64,000 bases of DNA. It comes from Amoebophrya sp. A120 (Eukaryota; Protista; Dinoflagellata). The notes beneath the pieces are model-generated. The model ran no database searches, was not told the origin of the DNA, and saw only the letters and a list, made by a program, of their open reading frames with translations. The DNA is taken from the NCBI GenBank assembly GCA_905178155.1, contig CAJINV010000002.1:820422-884421 (forward strand), given 5' to 3'. The position numbers were made by a program, and so were the translations under genes. Shown here one piece after another: positions 39,229 to 50,302 of this stretch; position 1 is the stretch's first letter, and every line of letters starts with the position of its first letter.

Positions 39229-41223
39229 TGTTTTGGGGGTAATTGTGTAGTTTGCGATTAGCTTTAAACTAATTGGTGCTGGTGCTGGAAGTTGCTGTTG
39301 ACGTACTCAAATAGGATTAGGATTATTGATGTAGTGCTTGTGCTTGTCAAGGTGAGAGGACACAAACGAGGCCAGCGCTCAGGGTATGAGCGTCTACCTT
39401 CGCGACCATAAAACCAAAATGGGAATAAAGTGGCATAGCAGCATGGGAATGCGCCGTTACCTTGACTTTCTGAAGTGCACCTGGCGTACTCAATCAATTC
39501 ATTCACTGTGGTGCGGAGATGTCGCCGTGAGTTGATGCTGATGGATCGTCTCCATGGTACGACAAACGAAAGAGTTTTTATTTCCGGAGGAATTTGCACG
39601 ACAAAAAATAAAAAACGAGCGATAGTATGGTACTGACAGAAGTTCATGGCCTACGAAAGCAGGACCGACAGAAGAAGAGACGTATTCACTTTGGTTGCAG
39701 ATCAGAGATCAGAGGTGTCAGCCCACGTGACGCCGTCACGCAAGCTGGGCTCAACGCAGCGGTCAGGCAATCCTAACCACCACGTCGGCCGTAAAATAGA
39801 TTTGCGTTTGTCAGAAGTTTGGAGCTGATGACACAGAAATAACTAAACCCTTTTGATGCAGACTAGAGAAGCTAAAAACTAGGCTCCGAAGAGCTGAGCT
39901 GGAATGGGCGAGAAGACTATGCTCCGAGGAGCTACTTTGGAAAGGTTTTAAAAAAACTATGCTCCGAGGAGCGGGCCTGGGGGAGCTAAAACAAAACTAA
40001 GCTTTCAGATTTTGGATTTCAAACAAAATAAAACTACACGACAATAGGTCAGAATAATGGTCTTCGTCCTGCGAAAACCCTCAAACCGGCTACAAGTCGT
40101 GACTTATCGAGATCGCCACTTTTCAAACTACGCAGGATTAGTCTTTTCGCAGAAAAAGAGCCCAGGAACTTTCCCGAACTAAACAAAGCTGCAGTTTTAG
40201 ATGGGGACAAGGCGATACATGTGAGATCATGGAAAACAACAGCTTTTTTGGATTTTCGCTACCAATAATGAGTCCGCTTTTCCATCATAGCATCGGGACA
40301 AGGCGAGCTTGATGGATCCACAGAGCTTGTAAGAGTTTAACTACGAGGTGCGAAGCCTTTAACACGTACTGCGGTCCTTTCCCGACGATCAAGTTTAAAA
40401 CTCTCACTTCTGTAATTACGTTCGTGTAATAGCATCGCAAGTTCATAAACAACGGAGCTACCAAGAGAGACAAAACACGACGTCGCTCGTCTCACATCAG
40501 CACACCATCGTGTTGCGGACTAGCAAAGCTCCCAACTGAGAAAAAGAAAGGTAAAAGAAAAAAGAAAGCCAAACTCAGATAGTTTGACTTTTACCTTGCT
40601 GTAAAGAGAAAGAAAAACTGCACTCCTAGAGAGTTACGGTTTTTTTTTTGTGTTTTTTATTTTCTGGTAGTCGATATCGATAAACTTCTTCTTCGAGCAA
40701 AAAATAAGGTCCTAAACCCGCCGACCTGAATCCACGATTTTCCCAAATCGCCCATACAAAAAACGCCAGAATCACCGAAATAGCCCGGCGGACCAAGGAC
40801 AGCAAAGAGAACTCTCTCGCGTTACATCGATAAACAGGTCGCCCGGTCTACATGGTAACAATTCCACGACATTATTACACAATTTGGAAGCTTAATAGTT
40901 CACCCGAGTTGGTTATGAAAATAGGTCGAACGAAATTTCTGCTTCTAGAACTACTTTTTTCCGGTGTCAAAAACAGAGATGAACAAGTCCTCTTATTCAA
41001 AAACTGAAGTCCCCCAGGCAGGTTAACAACGAACGCAGCAAAAATCTACTTCGCAACAGCTACAGCCCTACCACCTGCACCAGCTTTCTTCTTTTTCGGC
41101 TTTCGCATCCAACGAAAACCGAATTGGTGTGCGTGAGCAGGACCGACAGAAGAAGAGACGTATTCACTTTGGTTGCAGCACGAAAACCGAACTTCTTTCT
41201 TTTTCAACAGACAGCAAAACTGG

Positions 41224-41306
41224 AAACTTGGGAAGCCATAAACTACTTGAAAAACCTGGGAAGCCTTAAACTATTTGAAATACCTGGGTAGCCTTAAAAC
41301 CTTTGA
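41224..41306. repeat. ~28-bp tandem repeat x3
   Basis: AAACCTGGGAAGCCTTAAACTATTTGA-like units. Confidence 0.75.
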
Positions 41307-42301
41307 GTACTTTGGGGACAGTAAAAAAATGAATCAAGTAATAGATTGATGGTAGTGAGAAGTGAATGACTAGACAACATAGCGCAATACTACACAACTT
41401 GGGGGCTTAACAGATCAGATTTTAGGTCGGGAGGATCTTATTATTAGCAATCTTGATTAGCGCCGCGCAGATCAGGACTAGATCACGCGAAAGAAATAAA
41501 ATGTAGATCAAGCCGCGTAGAGCACTAAAAAAGCATCTCTGATTTTTGCAAATATTCATTTTTAGAGGGGGACAAGGCGAGTAGGAAAAGAAACAGGAAA
41601 ATTGGCAGACTTCCTGCTTTTTCCTTGCCTTGTAAAGTCTAAATCGACCGATATAGGTGGGGACAAGTCGTGCTGTATGAGTTAGTAAAGATACAGAAAA
41701 GCGAAGTCCTAAACCCGCCGACCTGAGTGCACGACTTTTACCTAACCTTCCATAAAAAAAACGTCAGAGTCACCGATTTAGCCCGGCGGAACAAGGACAG
41801 CATTTAGAACTCTCTCGCGTCACAACGATACCCAGGTCTAAACGAATAACATGAAGAGCGTAAATATTGCAAAGAGGGCATGGTTGGTCGCTCCAACTGG
41901 CTCTCTTCACCATATCGCACCACGAGCTCCATTTAAACAAGTGAAAAAAGAAGAGAAAAAAGGGAAGGAAAGGCAAGCACTACGCGCGCTTGGCTTTTAG
42001 TACACTAGTTCTACTGTAACTGCTCTTTTTTTTTTGTGTGTTTTTAGTTTTTTTTCGCTATAATAACTTCTTCCTTTCAACTAACGCTCACTACTACTTT
42101 CGGCTCACTCTACGAGCTGGCTCCTCTTACGTAAACAACGGGAGCCCTCGGCTTTCTGCGTGACTTCGTAGCGGCAATAAACGGGGCCGGGTCGACAAGT
42201 ATCTGCGTCTTCAAAGCAATCGCTGCCTCAAGCGCTAGCGACTTGAAGGTCTACGAAAGCAGGACCGACGGAAGAGGAGACGTATTCACTTTGGTTGCAG
42301 C

Positions 42302-42413
42302 ACAGAAGAAGAGACGTATTCACTTTGGTTACAGAAGAAGAGACGTATTCACTTTGGTTACAGAAGAAGAGACGTATTCACTTTGGTTACAGAAGAAGAG
42401 ACGTATTCACTTG
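42302..42413. repeat. 29-bp tandem repeat x~4 of the dispersed motif
   Basis: ACAGAAGAAGAGACGTATTCACTTTGGTT. Confidence 0.95.
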
Positions 42414-43232
42414 GTGTGCGGCATTCACTTGATTTTGTTTTTATCGGAATTTTTATCCTCATCGCCATTTTGGATTTGGCAGCTCCCTGGTTCGTAATAA
42501 ATTGCACGAGATCAAGACAGCTGAAGCCTTCAAAGAGAAATTAAAGCGAAAACTCTGAAAATGGATCTGGCATTGTAAACGGAGAATGGGCCTGACGGTG
42601 TAACGATTATAACAAATACCACATAGGCAAAAACCCCACCTATCCACAGGAAATCAACTTTGAATTGCAGCGCCAGACCTGCTGCTAGTGAGTCGGTAAC
42701 AAGCGTCGAATGCGCGTCAAGCTTATCAACTGTGGCTGAGCAAAAGACGACATCAACAGGTTGATCATGTGTTTGTTCAAAATCGGGGCAAGTTCAAGAT
42801 CTTCGTGGCGGATCATCACGATCATCATCATCTTCGTTGGTAAAGGTGCAACTAGATGTGCCTGTGGGATGATCACTCAGGCACACAGGCAGAGTAAAAG
42901 CTACTAGAAGCGATCTTCATCCCTTACATAAGACCTGAAGGGTTCTTTCCTCCAACATCTTATTCAAAACTGACACTTCCTTGAAGCTGAAGCATACTCA
43001 GGATCCACATCTTCTCAAACCCGTTCGTGATCGTATGTTAGCGCTTTAGGAAAGGGCAAAGACACCGTCCAGCGCGCATGCAAAAATAAAAAAATACGGC
43101 ACGAAAGAAACAAGCATTGGCGATCTTTCTTTGTGTAATTCGATAGAAAATGCCTCACGCCTTAGCGAACGAAGCTTCTTCACCCGCAACGAGATGTGGT
43201 TTTTTGGATTCGGAAGAAGCTTACTCTGCCAA

Positions 43233-43587
43233 GCTAGAGCAGGTAGAAAGTTAGGTTTGTCATGCACGACTACCTACGAGTACGGTACTGTTGCATTCCA
43301 TACTCGAGAAACTGAAACAACTTCTCGCTGTCGTGCTCCGCATTGGACCCAGAAGTTTCGACCAAAACGCCGAACTTCGGCTTTCCGTTTCCCTCCGGCA
43401 GTAAAAACTCCGGTATGGCGGGCAGGTCCGGCAAATTCTTGCTCAAATTCTCCGTGCATTCAGCATCCCAAAATTCGTAGGCGGAGAGGATCTCGCCGAG
43501 CTCCGCGCGGGCTTTTTGGAAAAGCGAAACGACGTCATCATAGTGGTCGACGGACAGCAGGAGCACGTGTTTGGCGTTACATTTTGG
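43233..43587 (-). pseudogene. Duplicated fragment of D2HGDH (one exon plus half an introner)
   Basis: High identity to 10671-11029; translates [19 protein letters not shown]...EKLFQFLE. Confidence 0.9.
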
Positions 43588-45377
43588 TTGAAGAACGAAG
43601 AAGAAGAGACGTATTCACTTTGGTTGCAGCACGAAAACCGAATTGGTGGCGCTTGGACTTGGAAGGATCGAGGCGCTTAGATAGGTGGTGATTGGCGTTG
43701 CCTCTTACCCCAACCCTCGATAGATAGGAGCGGTTTTACATCTATCTTTTCGCAACCTGGCACACGACTAGGAGGGGGCAGTGTGGTCGCCTCTCCGACG
43801 TGAGAACACGCCATTACCCTAAACCCGGTGCTATATACAAGTTTTCTACAAGATGATCTGTACATTTATTTTTTTTTTGCTCCTACCGACGCTACTATGT
43901 ATGTAAAGCCCTAAACCCGTGCTAATTACCTTCGTTAACTTTAGGGCATGCCTGATTCCCGCGCTGCAGAGTTGGAGCATGTGGAAAGACTTTTTTTTGG
44001 ATCTACAGGACCGATTTCTTTCTTTGTTTTCGCACCACGGCGTCAGTGGTTCTGTTAGACTTGTACTAAAGTTTGTATGATCCCTTCGGCTACTGAACAA
44101 CAAAAACTATACTACTACCCCTGCATTTGATCAACTCTTGCACGCGTCGGGTCATACATAGTTATTCTAGTGCCATGGGTCTCCACCGTAATCCATGGTC
44201 TTCGTCTCGCCGCATACAAAAAGAATATCACCAACATCTAGAAAAGTTCGTCCCTGATCATCCATCCCCCACCGCAGTCCCCGCACGCTTGTTCAGCTTA
44301 TCCGGCCGCTGCCGCCGCTTGCCGCACTATGCACAGCCTGTTGCTTGCTCATGTAGTCATGACCTATCGCGGGATCACACGGGCGCAGGGGCAGTGCAAT
44401 TAGGTGGTGATTGGCGTTGCCTCTTACTCAATTCCCCGATAGACAGGAGCGGGCTTACATCTTTTCGCAGCCTGGCACACGACTAGAAAAGAGCAGTGTG
44501 GTCGCCTCTCTGACGTGAAAACACGCCTTTTCCCTAAACCCTGTGCTATATACGAGTTTCTACAAGAATGATCTGTAAATTAGTTTCTACCGACGCCACT
44601 ACATATGTAAAAACCCTAAACCCGTGCTGTTTACACTTTAATTTTTATGACATGCAGACTCTCCCGCGCAGCAGTGCTGTTCTACGAAGACTAAATTTAC
44701 ACCGAGGGCACGGAACTATCTACACTTTTTACCACGGCGTCTGTGGTTTTTTTTAGGTGGTAGCTTTTTTTTTCCCTCGCTTCTGCCGAACTTCAACTTT
44801 TTTGAAAAGCGCTATGATCTACTACCCCTGCGTATCTTCAGCACCTGCTGTCGTCGGGAGAAGAGACGTATTCACTTTGGTTGCAGCACGAAAACCGAAT
44901 TGGTGTGCGCGTGGTCAGGTTTGAGGCAGCCTACGAAAAAGCAGAAGAAGGAGTTGCACGAAACAGACAGTAGTTTTGAAAATAAACCGATCAAGCAACA
45001 ACGTCCTGGTGCAGTCGAGAGACTTGCGTCAAATTCGCAGAACCACCCGGCGGACCGAAGTGGGTGCACCCGTCATATCTTCATGTGCATGGGTGCGCGG
45101 CCCTGCTCCGAAAATCACACACCCAGTGATGGATACATCAAAATTTCAATCGTCTAGCATTATCGTCTTATTAACAGAGACTGGTTGCAAAAATCGTGAA
45201 ACAGTAGTTTTTGTCTTTTCAGCAGGCGAATGTTTGTATTCTCAAACGATGTCAAATGTTTTACAAAAGTTCAATATGAAGAAATTGAAATTTGTGTTGT
45301 ATCAAAATTAGTTTACCAGACAAAGACGTTTTTGTTTTCGACCAGAAGTGGTAATATTATACCTGCATGCCTCTATT

Positions 45378-48300
45378 TCAATACGTCCCCGAAGACCGTG
45401 GTCCCGCGCAGCAGTTCCCCAGCCCAAAATTCATCGCCGCGCCGATCCTTTCCATAAAGCAGACGAAGGAGTATGTCATGTGGTCGTCCTCTATCCACAG
45501 TAAATTTCCCGTGCACGACGTACAAATGCGGTCTCTGCATGACAAAACGAGGCTTCGATCCTGGTTTAGCATGACAAGTGTCAGCACACTCCAACTTGGT
45601 GAAATTTGTGACGCATCTTGTACATGTACGGAAAATTTGTATTGCATATCCTCCGCAACAGGGACTCGACCACCCGGAGTTCTTGGTGTGGTCCCGTCGT
45701 AGTTCAGATAGGAGTGGGAGCCGTCGCGTTCATGCCGTCCTCTTGCGTGTCTAGCATGCGACGTTCCACTTGTGCGACTGCGACCTCCTCTCGCGCTTGT
45801 CCTCGGTCCGCTTCTGCCCGCCTCAACATCATCCGCGTCCGTGTCTTCCGAGTCCAGTCGATGATGCACGGGTAGAACCATCGTATCCTCCGCCAACGGC
45901 TGGAATTTGTAACACCTCACCGGGCAGTTTTTAATCACCATGTCCTCCGCCTTCAGCCCGGTTAAGTCCATTAAATGCAGTAGCCGGTCCCTTTGGGGAC
46001 TGCCGTTTTTGTTGTCGTGTTCATCGATCATCTCCGAGAAGGATTTTTTGGTCGGTGTGGCAGTCCAATCTGTAATAGTATTCGTCTGTGACTTTCTCGC
46101 TTTGGCCAAAATCGCTTTTGAAGGGGACGAAATCGGAGCACGAGCTGCTGTTGCACCATTACGACCGGAAGTAGAAGAAGAAGACGCGGGCGTCGTCGCA
46201 GTTGTGGACGATAATTGCCAAGTACTAGAAGAAGACGAAGAGGCACCGGAAGGCGAACTAGATGATCCAGCACCAATTTGATGTTCATGTTTTTCCTTGG
46301 AAGGCCGCGAAAGATGAGACAACACCAGCTCTTCTTCCTCCTGTTCCAAAATCCAATCTTGCACCAACCAGTGGCCAATCAAACTATTCGGCACCGGTTT
46401 TCTACACAGTGGACAGGGGACTCGTTTCCTGGACGCAGAAATTTTCGCCAGAACGTCTTCCAATTTCTTAGGATGCTTCGTACAGGCGGAGGACCGGAAG
46501 GTCGGGAGATTGTTGGAAACCTTCTCCACGATGGAATGGATCAGGTTTTCTAAAAACCCAGGCTCGACCAGGAATTGCGGCATCCGGTCGTCATCGGTAA
46601 GGTCGGGGTCGTCGAACGTCATGTGCGTATCAACCGCTTTTGTATGCATGTTGCAAATTAATATATCGATCTGGATCTTCTGAACTAAACCTGTGATGAT
46701 GAGTTCTCATGCGGATGATTGCAATACTTCTACTTGCCATGGCGGTCAAGCATGACAACTTCTTTCTGAAACGCTTTCTGATGCCTAGCACGAGTTGCGC
46801 GTTCCGTTTTTCTATGACAAAAAAGCTGCTCATACGTCACTCTTGCTGCTCATGCAACACAGATTTCAATTTCTCAGGAACTGCAAGTATCCCTTATGCG
46901 CAGTACAAGTTCCGTTCTTCCAGAACCAGACATATTTCTTGCACTTGATATTCTAACGCCCGAATCCTGCGCTCTTGCTCCGTGGGTGCAGTCGCGGCTC
47001 CAGAATGCCCGCTGGCACGTTCTTGTCTCGGCAGAAGCTGGATCCGAAGAAGCAACTCCCCCAGCAGTTGATGGTAGTCTCGATTTCTCTGCCGTTTCGC
47101 TAGCGTTTGCCGGACTCTTTCTTCCAAATCCAATCTCGCGCTAGCATTATCACCACTAGTCGCCGCGCCGCTCGGCGGTCCCCCGCCCCACATCAGGTTC
47201 AGAACGGTCCGAAACGCCGAAGATCCCGCGAAGATGCTGGTCTCATTCGATGTTCTACTGGTTCCCTGATCCGTGAATTCGATATCATCGTTGTTCCGGT
47301 CCCAACTCCCCGGACCGTACAACATTTCATGCCTCCGCCGCTCGTAGTCGAGGATCCTGGGGATTGGTACGGTGGCTAAAATTGTCTGCGTTCTCCTTGT
47401 TGGGAAACCGCGTTCATGCGACTCCTCGGACGGTGAGGGTGTTCTTCTGTGTCGAGGCCTTCTTGTTCCAGAGCCATGAAGATCTTCCCCGTTAATATCG
47501 TCCCTTCTCCTCGCCGTGAAAAACGGGTTGTCATACCGGTCGATTTCCGCTAGATTTTGATTTTCACCACCCCGCAGCTGCTGCACCGACCGGGGGTCGA
47601 TAACAGAGACCAAAAGCATCATATGGTCGTGAATTTGTCTCGCTGGGTGGAGGATAGCGTCTTCAACATCATCTGCTTCATCCCGGTGTGCTGTCATTGT
47701 TCCAGTTGTCGCGTTGATGTACCGGGCCGCGCCTAAAAGATTCGCCAACCGCTGCTCCCGGTCGTTTCGATCGGTAATTTGTGTTGCGGATAATCGTTGT
47801 TCTGCTTCTTGTCGTTCTTCTTCGTCCCTTCGCTGGTTCTGCGCTGCGAGTTGTTGCCGCTGCCGCCTTCGCCATCCGCTCGTGCGAGCACCACTACTTC
47901 GTGGCGGGAATAATGACCCTCCTCGGTCGTTTTGGTCTCTCCGACGTCGTCTTTCCGGTATCGGGAGAACTAAATCCTCATTATCCTGCTGGTCGTAGGG
48001 TCTGGCCAAGGCTGCTCGATGTCCCCGTGGCGGACCGCTGGTTGGCGTTCCGACATTGTGGTCCATTTGACCGTTTGATGTTCTCGCAGTGGAGATGCGC
48101 ATCCTTTGTCCGTTAATGAACTCCTCGTAAATCGCTTCCATGTCATCATGTGCGGAATTCACCTGTGTTTGCTGCACTGCCAGGCTCGGATCCCGCTCGC
48201 AGTGCTCCACCAACTGGCGGAGACAGGATAGGTGAAAGCGATGCTGGCAGACGGGGAGCTCACCCCAGGCGGTGCGTTTGTTCCTGCTGGATGAGAGAAA

Positions 48301-49161
48301 AGCGTCGTCTGCTGCTGCACCAGCTGCAGTGCAGGCGCAAAACGACATTGCGGCAGCAGGGTTAGATTTCTCGTCGAAGCCCTCAAGGCAGAGTGCGCAG
48401 AAGAATTTATTGGAATCGATGTCCGGGCTGTTGTCGTCGTCCATGTACTCTTCTTCAACATCGGTGCTGACCACATGAGCTCCAGAGCACCTCCTGCTGC
48501 CTGTTTCTTGAGGCGGTGGATTATCGCCCTCTATGCTTTTCCAGCTGGGGCAACTTGCCAGGCAGGTTCGCAGGCTCTCTCCGCTGCGGTCCAACAAAGC
48601 TTGCTGTGCACGCTCGTGCAACTCGCTCAAAGTGGCACTGCTGGAGCTCGATGATGATGATCCGGTCGTGCTGGTGGACCCCAAGGCAGGATGTCTGCTT
48701 GTCTGTCGTGTAGACAAAACCGTCGCTTCACGAAGCCCAGTCGTGGAACTGGAGGATCCACCATACCCAACAGTTGGTCCACCTCCGCGTGGTCCGCCTA
48801 CCCCGAACGGCTCGTGGCTAGACGAAGGTCCGCTATGAACGTTCCCGTGAAGATTACGGCTCGAACTTCCGCTCGTGATGGACGTCGGTTGCACGCCCGA
48901 GGACCGTGGTAGTCCTCCGGAAGGCTGCTCGGCTGATGAGCCGCTCGATGTTGGATTAACAACATCCACTCTCGGTGTGCCAATGTAGAAGTTTTCAGTC
49001 TGCCTCCGACGCTGTTCACCGTTTGATGTGCGACGGCCCTTTCTTTTTGACAGAGACAAACCAGCAACACGTTGCACGTTCCCAATGTCGTGGGTAGACC
49101 AAGGCCGTAAAGAGATCGTCCAAGCAGCGATAGACACGCACGACGACAACAGACGAGACAT
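45378..49161 (-). CDS. RING-finger-containing protein (putative E3 ligase), lineage-specific; 3 exons
   Basis: CALCLEGF...PVCQHRFHLSCL (RING-H2-like) and a distal CPLCRKP; ORFs 46894..49161 and 45378..46649 joined across element 46643-46950. Confidence 0.7.
45492..45648. mobile_element. Introner family E
   Basis: TIR, TSD TCCTC. Confidence 0.9.
46643..46950. mobile_element. Introner, degenerate family A-like
   Basis: TAT..ATA ends, CCAGA.CCAGACATATT relic, GCATGACAA motif. Confidence 0.7.
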
Positions 49162-50302
49162 CTTTAACTCCTGCGCTAAGCTACAACCTCAACCCGGCAC
49201 GGAGCCCATCTTCTACCGCAAATTTGGTGAACTTTTGTACCACTTGTACCACACGCACATCTCCATCTTTCACCACGACCGACTAGGAGTAAAGATTACG
49301 GGCCAGTCACACTGGTGCCAAGCGACAGAACACGCACACGTATTCACCGAAGACGATGCACTTCAACGGTAGATCTCACAGCACAAGATGCGGGAGATTG
49401 ATAATCTCAGCCGAGTAGCATCTCCCATGCTTTTTTGACATTCTTATGCACATATCCAGACGATGGCACAAATCATTCACGTCTTTGCAGCTGCTTTGGG
49501 TTTTTTCTGCTAGTGCTCGGAATGACTTTTTATCCTCCTCGTGGCACCACCTTAATATCAATATCTGGCTTATCTTAATAGCGACAGTGCTATATCATGC
49601 GTGAGACCACGGAAACTGTGAATCTGAATTTCTAAAGACTACCGGAATGTTGAGACCGACACCGCGAAGAGATTGAGATAGCAGCAGTTTCTTACAAACC
49701 AAAAGAGGTTCGCATATGGAAAATATGAACAAACTTAGTAGACAAGGCTATTGTAAACTATGATTTGTCTCGCTCAAACGCGTTTGTGCAAATTGGAAAA
49801 GGTGCATTTTGATGAAAAGATAGAACTGAACAGGGAATACTGTTTTGAAGATTCTGTTGAAACTTAATGTAGTTTGATTAGGTAGAGATTTTGCAATTGT
49901 TGGGTAGAAAGTTTTAGCGTAGAAGGTTGTTAAATAAATCTGATGTACAAATTTCGTGTAAAACCTTGTGTGTAAGTATTGGATCCACCTGGATTCAGCG
50001 ATAAGGGACTATCTCTGCTTCCAAGTTTTCTCCGTGTTCATCCTAGTACTTACAAATGTTGTGTCTGATGTTATTCTCCTGAAACATTGTCTGATTATTC
50101 CGATTCCTATTGTCTGATTCTTATCGTAAAAAAGTTAATATCTCGTAGTTGACCGTACTAAACCTGACATCGTTGTTCACAAGCGTAAACTACTGCTTGA
50201 ATGTGTTGCGAATCTTACACTAATCTAACAGCCCGCTCTCCTTCTAACGGAATGCTTGGTTCTAGTGAAGAAATTTCACGTTCATCATGCGCAGTTCGTA
50301 GT

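Larger units (their letters stand above)
39646..44910 (+). repeat. Gene-free mosaic punctuated by a dispersed ~50-bp direct repeat
   Basis: GAAGAAGAGACGTATTCACTTTGGTTGCAG(CACGAAAACCGAATTGGTG) at ~39671, 41149, 42271, 43598, 44860. Internal duplications 40708-40840/41706-41838 and 43682-44125/44401-44831. Confidence 0.85.

Noticed and set aside
42271-42413. CRISPR-like 29-bp repeats
   Set aside because: The repeats are directly adjacent with no spacers, there are no cas genes, and the context is eukaryotic.
42462-42482. GCCATTTTGG resembling the dinoflagellate spliced-leader core
   Set aside because: Only a 10-nt match with no downstream CTCAAG and no associated gene start.
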